Shown here: piece after piece, positions 17,437-30,388 of the stretch
How the letters are laid out: every line of letters begins with the position of its first letter
Numbering within the stretch: the stretch's first letter is position 1
Assembly: GCA_964016885.1 (NCBI GenBank)
Contig: OZ024740.1
Span: 207,204,001-207,268,000 of the forward strand
Length of the DNA stretch: 64,000 nt
Origin: Eledone cirrhosa
Lineage: Eukaryota
Direction of reading: 5' to 3'
Made by a program: the position numbers and the translations under genes
The notes under the pieces: model-generated
What the model was told of the DNA's origin: nothing
What the model saw: only the letters and a program-made list of their open reading frames with translations
Database searches by the model: none

Positions 17437-19325
17437 TTGGACAAACACCTGATGGGTGAGGAGTTCAGTCCGGTGTAACTGGGTGTCGGCGTGTCCAGTG
17501 ATTGTGAGGGGGCCGCACATGCAACCAGGCAGTTCTTCAATAGCTGCCCACTGGAATCGGCATCCAGGGACTCCTGGCAACTCATTGTCAAGCTTGAATG
17601 CCTTTAACTGCATACGCCGGGATCATCTGCTCAATGCCTGCCTCAGCTGAGCCCCCTCCAACTACCCGCTGGCTTACTTGTCATATGGAGCCCCGAGCAT
17701 GCTCCTTGCTGCTGACATGGTCATACCTTTGGCCACTGGGGTTCAACAGGGCGACCCTCTGGGCCTCCTCCTGTTTGCCCTTGGTATAGACCACATTGCC
17801 CAGAGTATCACGACCCCTCTCAACTTTTGGTACCTGGACGATGCTACGCTGCGCGGGCCCGTGGAGACTGTCTGCCAAGACCTTCAATTGGTGGTTCCTG
17901 CCCTGGCGGGGATCGGCCTCCAGGTCAACTCGTCCAAGTCGGAGGTGGTGAATGTTAGCTATGATGCTCAGAGCTTTGCAGCCTCTGTCTTGGACATGCG
18001 GTCCATTCTCCACCAGGTACAAGTGACCCCCAAAGACGATGTCCTCATCCTCAGGTCACCGATCCACTCGCTGGCCATCTGCTCCACCATCAGGTCTAGG
18101 CTCCAACAAATCCAGACCCTCACAAGCCGACTGGGCTTGATCAATGGCCACCCAGCTCTCTTCCTGTTGAGGAACTGCTTTGCCATGCTGAAGCTCCTCT
18201 ATACTCTCCGCAGCACTCCGTGTTGCAGCCACACATCTCTCTTCGCTGACCATGATACTTGTATTCGAGCGGCAGCTGAGGAGATATGCAACATCCGGTT
18301 TGATGCCATTGGATGGCAACAGGCCAATTACACGTCGGATTTGGTGGCCCTGGCGTCCAGTCCCTGATCTTGCTGGCTTTGCCGGCGTTTCTTTCATCGG
18401 TAACCTCATGCCGCGTCCTCGTCAGCAGGGTTCTCCAAAACACAATAGAACCCTCTGTGTTCAGGGAACGTGAGGTCGCCTGTCAGACGTGGGACAGGCT
18501 GGGACTTAGCCCGGTAGACGTCCTTCCTCCATCTCCCCCTGCTGATGTCAATTCCCCCCAAAGCATATGGAATGCCATCCTGTGCAGCCTGGCCTCAGAC
18601 AGGCTCATGCGCCAGCTCGACCAGCACGGCCTTGCCTGTTTTTGCGCGACCTCCAAACCCCACAGTGGTGCCTGGATCCATGCCTTGCCATCCTTCTCCA
18701 CTGGCATGCAGCTGGATAATGATAGCCTGCGCATTGGCGTTTCCTTGAGGCTTTGGACTCCAGATCTGCGAGCCACATAAATGTTGCTGTGGATCCACCG
18801 TGGACTCTTTTGGACTCCACCCGCTTTCCACGCCATGCTGCCCTCAACGAGATCATTAAGCATGGCTTGACCGAGGGGATGGCAAAAGGCCAGACGGTAT
18901 GATCATCTTCCCGTTCAGCGACACTTTCTCCCGCCACAACCTGGTGCAGTCTGCAACTAAACCAGGTACTGCTGCACGTCGGGCTGAGGAGGCCAAACTC
19001 TCCAAGTACCAGTCGCTCTCCGACAGGTTCGCGGTTGTGCCTTCGGCAGTGGAGACTTCTGGTGTACTTGGCCCTAGGGCTACCTCCCTATTCACCTCCA
19101 TAGGCGCTGAGATGGCCAGCCGCAGGTGTGAGCCTTGTGAATTGGAATGGCTCGTCCAGTGCATCTCCCTTACCATCCTCCGGGGAAACACCTTCTCCAT
19201 CCTGTCCGCCGGGGTTGTGGGGAGGCCTGCACGTCGTACCCCATTTGCTCACCATATGGATTAATAGGCAAAGTTATAAACTATTGTAAATAAATAATTA
19301 TGGCGGCTTGCTTTTTATAATAAAG
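17437..19325 (+). mobile_element. CRE-like non-LTR retrotransposon (RT plus restriction-like endonuclease), deleted and frameshifted, in the last syndecan intron
   Basis: GC-rich; GVQQGDPLGLLLF, WYLDD, GLQVNSSKSE, GFGGPGV, HSGAWIHALP, RHAALN, KRPDG, PSAVETSGVLG, ISLTILRGN; AATAAA-rich 3' end. Confidence 0.88.
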
Positions 19326-20420
19326 TACCTTTTATTTTTGCATCTTCCTTTGTCATCCTGTCTCTAATTTTGTGCTCCTGAAGAAGGGCTAAAGCCAGAC
19401 ACGTCAAACTTTCTTTCCCCCTTTTCCATATGAAGCGCGAAACTAATAAGACTTTTTGTACATCTGTTTGTTGTTTCCTTGAACAATATATATATATATA
19501 TATATATAAGTAGGCCGAATTTACTTTTCGATTTTACTATTTTCCAATTATAGTATTCTCCTAGATTTAATAATTAACTAATTAATTTAATTAGACAATT
19601 CTGTTGATTGGTTAATTATTTGTGTTTGTTTTATAACATCTAGTTGAGAGCTTATCATAATGATTAGCGGAAATTAAAATATTTCCTTTGTCTAACATTT
19701 TGAATGACCCGCCAAAAACCGGGGGTTATTTCCCTTGCCGGAATTAAAACGTGACAACTATAGATACGATACGCCGCATATATAGCAGCAACATTTAGCT
19801 TATCACTCTGGTCCTGGGTAGAACGAAAAACCTGTTGAAAAACTGAATCCTCCGTTCGATCATGAATACCACGAGCTTGCCAGTCACGTAAGTCTGATAT
19901 TTGATTTCGGATTCAAAGAAACACTTTAAACGATTGATCATTTGATTTGTCCAGGTGTATTTTTCTCAACCTGATTAGTTCTATCGTTACTTTGGTATAT
20001 ATTGTGAGTTAGATTCGCCTACCAAAATGTTTGATTTGTCAAGCTATTTAAATGTATGTTATTACTCTAAGGCCCCAACTTATCAAGTGCTTTGCTAACT
20101 CATCATTTCATATAAGTAGGCCGAGTTTACTTGCAAACCGCCAGAGATTCGATTTTACTATTTTCCAATTATATATATATATATAGGAAAAGAGTCAGGA
20201 CCCCTACGGCTGAGCTCTGGCCGTTTCGACAGCTATTTCTGAACTCTGGTGCGTTATGGTCCACCTGGTTCCATACCACACTTCCTTCGTTATATATATA
20301 TATATATACACATATATGTGTGTGTGTTAATGGTAGGAGTTGTAATGATAGAATGAACTCTGTAATGTATGTGTGCATGTGTGTGTATGTATAGTTAAAC
20401 GATGATATATATATATATAT

Positions 20421-20765
20421 ATGACCTCTGGCATCACACAGTAACACAGAAGACCCGACCGCCCACAGGGACAAGCCAAAGCTGAAGCATTTAGACAATA
20501 TGCCCCCACACCCTCCCACTGAAAAGTGGTCGTGGAGGTGCCACGGCAAAAAAGCACCCAGCCCACACTGTAAAGTGGACGTATAGGCGCCACGGAAAAA
20601 AAGCACCCAGCACTCACTGTAAATGAGATTGGTGTTAGGAAGGGCATCCAGCTGTAGAGATCAAGCCAGAATCAGTTGGGTCAGCCGACTGGACACTGCT
20701 CACAACAGGACAACCCGTCTAACCCATGCTAGCGTGGAAGAACGGACGTAAAACGATGATGATGA
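20421..20765 (+). mobile_element. RTE-related 3' tail/SINE copy
   Basis: Shares GGTGTTAGGAAGGGCATCCAGCTGTAGA and the ACGTAAAACGATGATGATG tail with 32450-32590 and 30108-30332. Confidence 0.8.
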
Positions 20766-20970
20766 TATATACATAATGAGAGAGAGTGTATAAACTGATG
20801 TGTTTATGAAGAACTTTGGTAAATTTTCAAAGTTTATATACATTTCTAGTCAACTATTTGAAATATTGGTCAGGAGACTTTACTGTAATGGCTATCCCAG
20901 TGTGTCATAAGGCATGAGGCAGATGTGTGGTCAATTCTAGCAGGTGTCTCAGTCAAACTTTTAACCATTT

Positions 20971-23900
20971 TACGAGTTCATAGGCTGACAATGAAGGAGT
21001 GATGCTAGAGCTGTAAAATCTTGCATGCTTTAATTTCAACTCTTCTTATTAATAACTGCATTGTTTCTTTCCAGGTAAACTGACAGCTGACTGTTCAAAG
21101 AAGACTTCAAAAGTATCTAGTAGTGACTTCTTTTGAAAATGGACAAAATTTGGCATCGTGGTGCTATCAAGTACCATCAGAAAGAGGTTTAATCCTCAAA
21201 GACATTCATACTGACACGGTTGCTACATGAGGGGATGGCGCTCCAGCTTTATCAACAGTGCAAAAATGGGCAGTTGAATTTAGGAGGGGAAGAGAGAGTC
21301 TTGAAGATGACCCAAGATCTGGATGTGCTGCAACTGCCACCACTGAGGAAAAGATTGATTGTGTTCACCACATGGTGATGGATGACAAGAGATTGACTAT
21401 AAAAGCAGCCAATGCTATTAGCATATCTCATGAGAGTTGAGAATATTTTGCACAATGAACTTGGCATGATATGAAGGTTTCTGCTTGGTGGGTGCCACGT
21501 CTTCTGATACCAGATCAAAAGTGCACCGAGCTGATCACATCACAGGAAAATTTGACATTGTTTGAGGCAGATCCAATTGGTTTCTTCAAATGCTTCCTAA
21601 TCCAAGATGAATGTTGAGTTTGTAGCAGTAGCCTCCCTTGTTGTGACTCACAACCCCAATAGATTAACAACATCTAGACGGGAAGTAGAACCCTTTCTGT
21701 AACTTCCGGCAGAGCCCTATAAAACGAATAGCTTTCGGCTCTCTCCTCTCATTGGCCCTTCTGGCGCCTGGCCTTCACCAGGCGTCTTCTGCCAGCCGCG
21801 TTTGCCTGGCAATCAAAACGGTAACTACTAACTTTGCTTCATTCTTTCGTTTATTCATTGACATGTCAACTATACTGTTAAATTGTTGATTAAATATTAT
21901 ACACACAAACCATGTCTCCTTGTTACATTCATACACGCTAGTTCTTCGCCATATTGGTAACCCTGACGTGATACGAACACGCAGCCGTTCATTGTTATAA
22001 GTGGTCACCCCGAAAAAAAAAAAAATAGCAGAATCTGGTGTTGTGTGAGTAACATTACGAATACACAGCAAATTTATTGACAAACTATGAAAATACTCAA
22101 AGAAACACACACACGCACATGTGAAATTCGCGTTCAGACAGACTTTTTCTCTCACGCATCAACTAACTGTCGCATTTCACGATATATATACATGTTTCTC
22201 GTTTCTTACAACGAACACTTTCAAAACCCCAAAAAAAAAAAGAAAGAAATTTGATATTTTTTTTAAAAAACATTTCAACAGGAACATTTATTTTCGATGA
22301 ACCATTGCCTTTTTTTTTCATCATTTTCTTCATCGTTCAAGTTTTTTTTTCCAAAGTTCACACCAATAATTATGCTAAGTGAAGCCTTTCTTTTTCATCA
22401 TTGTCACTTTCACACTTGCACTATCATTTTCTCGCGTGTTAGAAATATTATTTTTTTAAACCTAACTTAACCTTGTATTGGCACGTGTAGGCAGCACAAA
22501 TTCTCGACTCACAGAGATATCTCGACTCACAGAGATAGCCGCACGCCCGAGATAACGTTTCTCGCCAAGGATTCTTCAGCCTTAAGCTATATTCTCCTAT
22601 TTGCCGGTTTAAAAATTTACCACGTAAATTTGCCGTTGAAAACTGCGCATTTATTCAGAATGCTTATTTCTTTGGTCGCTGGCCTCTTGACCCTTCCAGG
22701 TCAACGCATTCTCAACATCGACCATCAACTTCGGCTGTTATTTCTAGCACTTTGCGCAACTCATTTTTTCTGAAAAAATTTTTTTTACTGTGAATTTAAA
22801 CACCGAATAAGCTCACTCCGCGAGACAGCAACACAGCTTCACCAACAACCAAAACCAGCAGAACAAGCCAGAGAATTTATTTTTGCAGCACTCTTCCTGT
22901 GAGAAAATCCATTCGGAGGTTGGAAATTTCACGATATACCACAGAACAGAAACCACCTGCATTCATTCTCTGGAACACACTTTCTTTCCTGCTGTCATGT
23001 GATTGCACACCTGTGAACTATATTTTGTACATTTGAACTTTGAGCTCTTCTCTTACTTTATTACATTGTATCTTTGGGTGATGGATAGATAGAGGTCCAG
23101 TCGTTCTCTGGCCAAGAGCGGTTGGCTACCTTGACATCTATCATTGATTTTTGCAAACATTCTTTTGTCGTAATTTTCATGCCTGTTACAACATTCTCGC
23201 CAACTTGCTACATATTTCATTCGATTTTTATATTCTAAAATTCTGGCGGGAGGTTATGTAGCAGTAGCCTCCCTTGTTGTGACTCACAACCCCAATAGAT
23301 TAACAACATCTAGACGGGAAGTAGAACCCTTTCTGTAACTTCCGGCAGAGCCCTATAAAACGAATAGCTTTCGGCTCTCTCCCTCTCATTGGCCCTTCCG
23401 TCGTCTTCTGCCAGCCGCGTTTGCCTGGCAATCAAAACGGTAACTACTAACTTTGCTTCATTCTTTCGTTTATTCATTGACATGTCAACTATACTGTTAA
23501 ATTGTTGATTAAATATTATACACACAAACCATGTCTCCTTGTTACATTCATACACGCTAGTTCTTCGCTATAAGTTCATCACTTTGAGCCAAAGACAAAG
23601 AGACAATCCATGCAGAGGAAACACCCCACCTTACCTGTTCCAAAGAACGCCATCTGTAGGGAAGGTGATGGCTGCAGTTTTTTTGGATGCAAAAATCATT
23701 GTTTATTGACTATGCTCAAAAAGGCCACACCATCAATGGAGTGTACTATGGCAACTTGCTAAGGCAGTTACAAAAGGCTATCAAGACCAAACACTCAGGA
23801 AAACTGACACAAGGGGTCTTGTTTAATCACGACTATGCTCTAGCACACAAGCCCTTGGTTTCAATGGCTGCAGTACATGATTGAGGCTTCAAACTGGTTG

Positions 23901-24198
23901 ATCACTCTCCCTATTCTCCTGATTTGGCCCTATCTGTCTATCCTCTGTTCTGCAACACAAAAAAACATCTGGCTGGAAACCAGTATCACAATGATAATGA
24001 TGATGTCATATCTTCTGTTGATGACTTTTTTTTACCAAAAGGGTAAAAGCTTCTTCACCAATGGGATCCAAGAACTGAAACATCAATGGGAGAAGTGTGT
24101 GGACCACAAGGGAGATTATGTTGAAACATAAACCTCATTTGGTTACATTCTATGAGAGTATCTTGGTTAGCCTATGAACTTTTCAGCTAACCCTCGTA
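20971..24198 (+). mobile_element. Decayed mariner (DD34D) transposon interrupted by an LTR element
   Basis: MDKIWHRGAIKY start at 21139, WAVEFRRGRESLEDDPRSG, WVPRLL, DE.(W)VHHFEP split by the insertion, GKVMA.VF.D, YSPDLA. Right TIR CCTATGAACTTTTCAGCTAACCCTCG|TA; left TIR partly deleted. Confidence 0.92.
21621..23572 (+). mobile_element. Non-autonomous LTR retrotransposon (TRIM/LARD-like, Gypsy-type signals)
   Basis: LTRs 21621-21953 and 23257-23572 are near-identical and start TGTAGC. 4-bp TSD AGTT on both sides. PBS TGGTAACCCTGACGTGAT (tRNA-Trp-like) at 21955; PPT-like GGCGGGAGG before the 3' LTR. No coding internal region. Confidence 0.93.
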
Positions 24199-24732
24199 TT
24201 TGACTATATAGTTGTTTCTACTTTTTGGCACAAGGCCAGCAATTACTCAGTGCATTACTGGTACTTTATTTTATCGATCCCGTAAGGATGAAAGGCAAAG
24301 TTAACCTCGGCGGGATTTGAACTCAGAATGGCAAGGGCCGTAACTCTATGCGTCCAACAAATAGATATATATGAATGAAGTAGAAGTTGACTCTGTAAGA
24401 CATAGTGAAGGCAACCCAGCACAAGAGTAGTACCTCTGAATAAGAACTTGCATGGGGTTGGTGTGATCTTAAAAAGTTGTAGTGAAAGCAACTCATCTAA
24501 GTGTGCAGTCACTCTGAAAAAACAGATATAGTGTAGATGGCACACTTATGTCTTCAGAGACAACTATTTAAGAGTTTGTGGTATGATATCAAAGTAGCTA
24601 TGAAGTAATTTATTGAAAAAATGGTTGGTGTTAGAAAAGGCGTCCAATACAAGAGGGTTAGATTGTATGGCTTTCTAAACACACTCACTTTTCAATTCCA
24701 TATTCAACAATGCTTCAAGCGAACTATCACGC

Positions 24733-24765
<33 letters not shown>

Positions 24766-25170
24766 ATAACATTACGAAAGACGTCCTTCTACTTGTGCGC
24801 TCGGCTGACATATGTTCCTAAAGGGTCTTTCCCAGCTGTTGTGTTTACAATTTATGGAGCAAGGTGTTATCTATGTGTCAATTAGTGAATCTGGTCTCAT
24901 GTACCCACCACACAATTGCAGTATAAATTACGAAAAGGATAACTTTTCAACCATGTGGTGGTGACCTGTACCAGACATGAGTCTATGTGTAGCTAGATAG
25001 TAGGAGTAATAAAAGGAATTTTGAGGGTGGACGATAAGGTGAAGAATATATAAGTTTTTTTCATAGGTGTCCTGTGTTGGAATAGGAATGTTTTTTTAAT
25101 GAAGAAGGGATATGGTCTTTGGTGAGCACCTTGGTAAGCGGGTAAAAAGCTCAACAGTAAGGAGCTGCAT

Positions 25171-25292
25171 ATAAATATTAATAATAACAACAGTGTTGCT
25201 ATTATTGGGTGTAAACTTTACCAGGGAGTTTAAAGCTTTGGTAAAGTTTACACCCAATAACAGCAACACTCCTATTATTATTAATATTTTAT
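25171..25292. repeat. Fold-back hairpin (~55-bp arms)
   Basis: AGTGTTGCTATTATTGGGTGTAAACTTTACCA / TGGTAAAGTTTACACCCAATAACAGCAACACT. Confidence 0.9.
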
Positions 25293-25381
25293 ATAAATAC
25301 ATACATTTAGGTTTGTTGGTTCACGCCTTCTTGTCTCTGCCTTTTCAGCCCCATGGATTATATTCCTTTGTTAAATTTCGA

Positions 25382-25439
25382 ATACCTGATGATGTCACCA
25401 GATTCATACTGAACCCGGTCATTGAAATGTTCATAGTAT
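25382..25439 (+). ncRNA. Type I hammerhead ribozyme motif
   Basis: ATAC-CTGATGA, imperfect stem II, GAAA-TG-TT-CA-TA, GTAT. Stem I ATAC/GTAT; short stem III. Confidence 0.65.
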
Positions 25440-25482
25440 AATAAACCTTTAAGGAATTACACCAGTCCAGCCTCCTGTTATT

Positions 25483-25513
<31 letters not shown>

Positions 25514-25666
25514 GGTAAAAAAAGGATTAACACAGATAGTAGTACGATATCTCGTATACCTATATATATTGCAAGCAGGGAAAAGCGGACGTAAAAAGAT
25601 GATGATGATGATTAGTGGTGCTTATATTGATAGAATGGACAACATTAACTGGAGATGTTTTCTCAC

Positions 25667-25762
25667 CTGCCATTATACCTGGTTCTTCTGTGGCACTTTC
25701 ATTTGGTCTGGGTTCATACATTTTGTCATCTTCAGAAGAAGCTGAAGACATCTCAACTGATG
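25667..25762 (-). CDS. Sdc: Syndecan juxtamembrane ectodomain exon
   Basis: Long pyrimidine tract plus catacag|...|gtgaga; (S)SVEMSSASSEDDKMYEPRPNESATEEPGIMA. PGIMA-A matches the invertebrate syndecan PGILAA juxtamembrane motif; phase 1-1. Confidence 0.92.
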
Positions 25763-25894
25763 CTGTATGGGGAGGAGGAGGAGGTGGTGGAGGAAAGAAA
25801 GAGCGAAAGAGAGACAGTTAAGTATTAAGGGATGAGTTAATTTGATTAGTGGCTTATCCGTTGGTGTGAGTGGCAATCCGATTGGTAGTTTGGT

Positions 25895-26107
25895 TTAACC
25901 CTTTAGCATTTACATTACTCTATATTTACAATTGTATTTTCACGGTAAAGGCTTTATCTCACATAATATCGAATCTATGAGATTTTGATATTTATTTTGA
26001 GAACAATACCTTAACGTCAGTATGAGGGGCCGATTACAGACAGTTTGTACAGAAAGGGGTGAGAGAATTCTGGCTGGATATGGCTGGTTTAAATGCTAAA
26101 GAGTTAA
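25895..26107. mobile_element. piggyBac-like MITE (TTAA-flanked)
   Basis: TTAACCCTTTAGCATTT...AAATGCTAAAGAGTTAA; related copies at about 47736-47953 and 59709-59933. Confidence 0.7.
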
Positions 26108-26746
26108 AACAGAGATCAAAAGATGAGTAACACATTTTTCGGACTGCCACTTTAAACCATAGTTCAATGAAAGACTTCTGACTGGCAAAGCATGCAATCA
26201 TAAACATTTCATGTTGTAATTGCTGATGTAAGCATAATGTTAACAAAGACCTGGCTAGACAAATTAACTGAGCTAGTTAGAGTATGTGACAGAATTATCA
26301 AGCTGTTATGACTAGTCATAGGTAAAGCAACAACTTATCTCTGCTTAGGCACCACAACCAGGACAGATTAATGTGCAAAAGTATCACTTTAATGAGGACT
26401 TTATTATTGACCATCTCAAAAACAAGTGGCATTCACTTTGTAATCATGGTCGTTGACTTCAATAGACATGTTAGAACACCATGATGGCTACAATGGAGTC
26501 CAGTTGGGACCAGGTTAAAGAAGAATTAGTGGTGGAATAGTAGAGTAGATAGAATCATAAAGGTAAAAAAACCGGGCCCTGAAATACTAGAAGAAAGAAG
26601 GAAGCATAGAAAAATATGAAGTAACTGAAAGAAGAGCTAGATGTCAAGTTGACATAGTTTGGAGAGAAGCAGAAAGCAAGAGATTTGCAATGGCCAGTGG
26701 AAAGAAAATAAGAGGTGAGGGGTGCTCTATATTGCATGGCAGGTGA

Positions 26747-27206
26747 AAATATGACAGAGTGTCAGGTGGGAATATGACAGTGTGTCAGGTGGGAATATGA
26801 CAGAGTGTCAGGTGGGAATATGACAGAGTGTCAGGTGGGAATATGGCAGTGTCAGGTGGGAATATGACAGTGTGTCAGGTGGGAATATGACAGTGTGTCA
26901 GGTGGGAATATGACAGAGTGTCAGGTGGGAATATGACAGAGTGTCAGGTGGGAATATGGCAGTGTCAGGTGGGAATATGGCAGTGTCAGGTGGGAATATG
27001 ACAGTGTGTCAGGTGGGAATATGACAGTGTGTCAGGTGGGAATATGGCAGTGTCAGGTGGGAATATGGCAGTGTGTCAGGTGGGAATATGGCAGTGTCAG
27101 GTGGGAATATGGCAGTGTGTCAGGTGGGAATATGACAGTGTGTCAGGTGGGAATATGACAGAGTGTCAGGTGGGAATATGGCAGTGTGTCAGGTGGGAAT
27201 ATGACA
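26747..27206. repeat. 23/21-bp minisatellite, about 20 copies, inside the RTE
   Basis: GTGTCAGGTGGGAATATG(A/G)CAG repeated. Confidence 0.96.
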
Positions 27207-27479
27207 ATGAAGAAAAGTGTACTCATAAGGAAGCAAGAGTTCTTAGCCTTACCAAAGCTCAGAAGAAAGAATCCTGAAAATGTTATTATGAAAGGTTGAT
27301 GAGTGTGTGGGAGGGATGCAGACTGCACTCACCTCTCAACAGAGGGTACTGAGATTGACAGTAATATGGTAAAATAGACTATTGAGGATTTAAAGAAGAG
27401 AAAAGCTGCTGGGCCATCCAGGATAGTTGCTAAGATGTTGAAAATATCTGGCAAAGTAGGACTTGAGCTAGTCACTTGC

Positions 27480-27791
27480 ATAGCCAACTAGATATTACAT
27501 GATGGGATCATACCCAATGTTGGTATAGCCAACTAGATATTACATGATAGGATCATACCCAATGTTGGTATAGCCAACTAGATATTACATGATGGGATCA
27601 TACCCAATGTTGATATAGCCAACTAGATATTACATGATGGGATCATACCCAATGTTGGTATAGCCAACAAGATATTACATGATGGGATCATACCCAATGT
27701 TGATATAGCCAACTAGATATTACATGATAGGATCATACCCAATGTTGGTATAGCCAACTAGATATTACATGATGGGATCATACCCAATGTT
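27480..27791. repeat. 45-bp tandem repeat, 7 copies, derived from RTE coding sequence
   Basis: TAGCCAACTAGATATTACATGATGGGATCATACCCAATGTTGGTA at 27481, 27526, 27571...27751. Confidence 0.96.
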
Positions 27792-29229
27792 TGGCATAGT
27801 TGTATAATCATTAATTGCTTCAAAAGAAAAGGTGATGTTCTGGAAAGGAGCAACTACAGAGGTACTAAACTGATGGATTAAATTGTGAAAATAACAGTCT
27901 TAGAACATCTGACTAGGAACCTAATTAGACTAGATGAGATGCAGTTTGCATTTGTGTTAGAATGGAGTGGTTTCTTGCTAAAAACAAGCCACTATATTTA
28001 GCTTTTGTTGACCTCTTTTGTTGTTCTCTCACAAAATACTATGTGTAATCTGGTTGTCTTAAATAAAACTAGGTATAGATGAATGGCTTCTGAAAGCCAT
28101 ATACATCAGCATCAGTAAGAGTGAGTAATGAGTTTAGTGAGGAATTCAGCATGCAGGCTGATGTCCATCAAGGCTTGGTCCTCAGTCCACGCCTGGTCAT
28201 TATAGTTTTCTGGCTATTACAGAGGTGTTTATGACTGACTATCCATATGAACTCCTATGTACTATGACTTAGTACTTATAGCTGAGTTTCTTCTTAAAGA
28301 AGAAATTCCAGATGTGAAAACATCAAAAACACTCAAGGAAAACTCAGCAAAGACTAAAGACAATAGGACTCTGGAAATGACAAAGCTTGATATGCATTAA
28401 AGGAGTAGGGAGAAACTCCATACTTTGTACCCAATGTAAATTATAGTTGCACAAGAGGTGTCGAGGTATGACAGGCAGGCTAACACAGAAAAGAAATTTG
28501 GAGTGTTATAGGTGCACAGGAGTAGTTATCAGTAAGAGCACCAGTAACATTCCCCTTTTCCAATCCAAAGGAGGCTCCATTAAAATAGTTGATAGTTTCT
28601 GTTACCTGTGTCACCTAATTTGCTGTGGAGGAGAGTGCCTTGTAAATAGCAAATAGTATAAGAAGAAGGAAAAAAACGTTCACAAAGCTTCTATCTCTAC
28701 TGGCAACAAAGGGATTCTCACTCCTTGTGAAGAGTAGGTTATATGATACCTATATATAGTGTGGTGTTGTATAGAAGGATGACATGTAAAAGATATGTGA
28801 TGGCTAGAAAAAAATGAATTGGATAGGCTCCATTGAATGTGTAATATTAGTATGTATGAATGGTGTAGCACAGATGATTTGAAAGAAAAACTGTGCATAA
28901 GAGGAATGAGATGTAGTGTGCAGAAGAGAATAATCCGTTGTTATGAACACATATTATATATGGATGATGACTGATGAGTGAAGAGAAGTGCCAGGAAGCT
29001 GAGAAGAAGGAAGTCCAATGAAGATGTGGACAGAAATAGTGAAAGCTGACTTGAAGATGCTGAACCTTGCAAAGGAGATGGCACAGCAAAGGGAAAAGTG
29101 GAGGGGGTTTTATTGGAAAGAACTTTTCGAATACTTGTCTGATACAATGAATATATGAATGAATGAGTGTTGGTGTGTATGTGAATGTATGTATATAAGT
29201 ATAAGAAATGATTCTATTGATATACTTAC

Positions 29230-29281
29230 ACAGGGTAACTGATGATATACTGGCACGAGTACTTGATATCTTTGGCCCAAT
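29230..29281 (-). CDS. Sdc: Syndecan small (52-nt) Ser/Thr-rich exon
   Basis: atttttaacag|IGPKISSTRASISSVTL+T|gtaagt. Phase 0 to 1, exactly bridging the phase-0 donor at 49159 and the phase-1 acceptor at 25762. Confidence 0.78.
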
Positions 29282-30107
29282 CTGTTAAAAATATTAAATA
29301 AAATATGGAAATAATATTAAAGTAATATTAAAATAATATTGAAATAATATTAAAGTATTATTGAAATAATATAGAAATAATATTAAAGTAATATTGAAAT
29401 AATATTGAAACATGAAAGATAAAAGTGTGGTGATAGGAAGAGGTTACTAGGTATTTATAACCAAGGACATTTGGTGGCTGAAAGATTGACCACACATACT
29501 CTGGCTATTACAGCGCTATAGATACTTATTCGGCTGCTTAAATTCAAAGGATTATGATTGGATATGAATATAAATGTTAGAGTTGTCTCCTTTGTTTGAT
29601 TTGACCAGAATTGAATTGATAATTAAGCTACTGATTAGCTTATATCCTAACTACCAATACAATTATAATTAAAAGGTTGTCTAGCTTGCTACGTTAAGTA
29701 TGTTTGAGCTGACTTAAACAGATCTAGTCCTGCTCCATCTTCTCACTACTAAAACTTCATTACCTTACCATGGCCATCTATGGTTTTTTTAAACAAACAT
29801 TTAACAGGATTTTTAATAATAGCTATTACTAATCAATAGAAAATTATTGATCGATTAACTGATTGACATTATTGATAAATGGAAGTTTAGTGAACTGGAA
29901 TTAAATTTTATGTAGAAATGAACTTTTACAACAGCAACAACAATGACAATAATAACAATGACAATAATAACAACAACAATCACTTGCATCTGTAATTAAC
30001 TTAACATCAAAATATAATTACTATACTGATGATGTGATGATCATAGAGTGTGTAACTAATTTACATTTATCACTAATTACATACATTATATATATATATA
30101 TATATAT

Positions 30108-30332
30108 CATCATCATCACCATTTTACGTCCGTTCTTCCATGCTAGCATGGGTTAGACGGGTTGTCCTGTTGTGGGCAGTAGCCGGTCGGTTGACCATGC
30201 CTTACTCATACGGGAACTGATTCTGGCTTGATTTCTACAGCCAGATGCCCTTTCTAATACCAACCTCATTTACAGTGAGTGGTGGGTGCTTTTTTCCATG
30301 GCGCCTACACGTCCACTTTACAGTGTGGACTA
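30108..30332 (-). mobile_element. RTE-related 3' tail/SINE copy
   Basis: Reverse complement of the 20560-20765 family. Confidence 0.8.

Positions 30333-30387
<55 letters not shown>

Positions 30388-30388
<1 letters not shown>

Larger units (their letters stand above)
26290..29145 (+). mobile_element. Old decayed RTE-clade LINE with internal minisatellite expansions
   Basis: Remnants GDVLERSNYRG, LDEMQFAF, KPLYLAFVDL, VHQG..LSP, HKRC, IVDSFCYL, collinear with the intact RTE ORF at 30768-32256. Confidence 0.88.

Noticed and set aside
19378-19408. CTGAAGAAGGGCTAAAGCCAGACACGTC hammerhead-like motif
   Set aside because: GAAA is mutated to GACA and stem I is absent; counted only as a degenerate relic.
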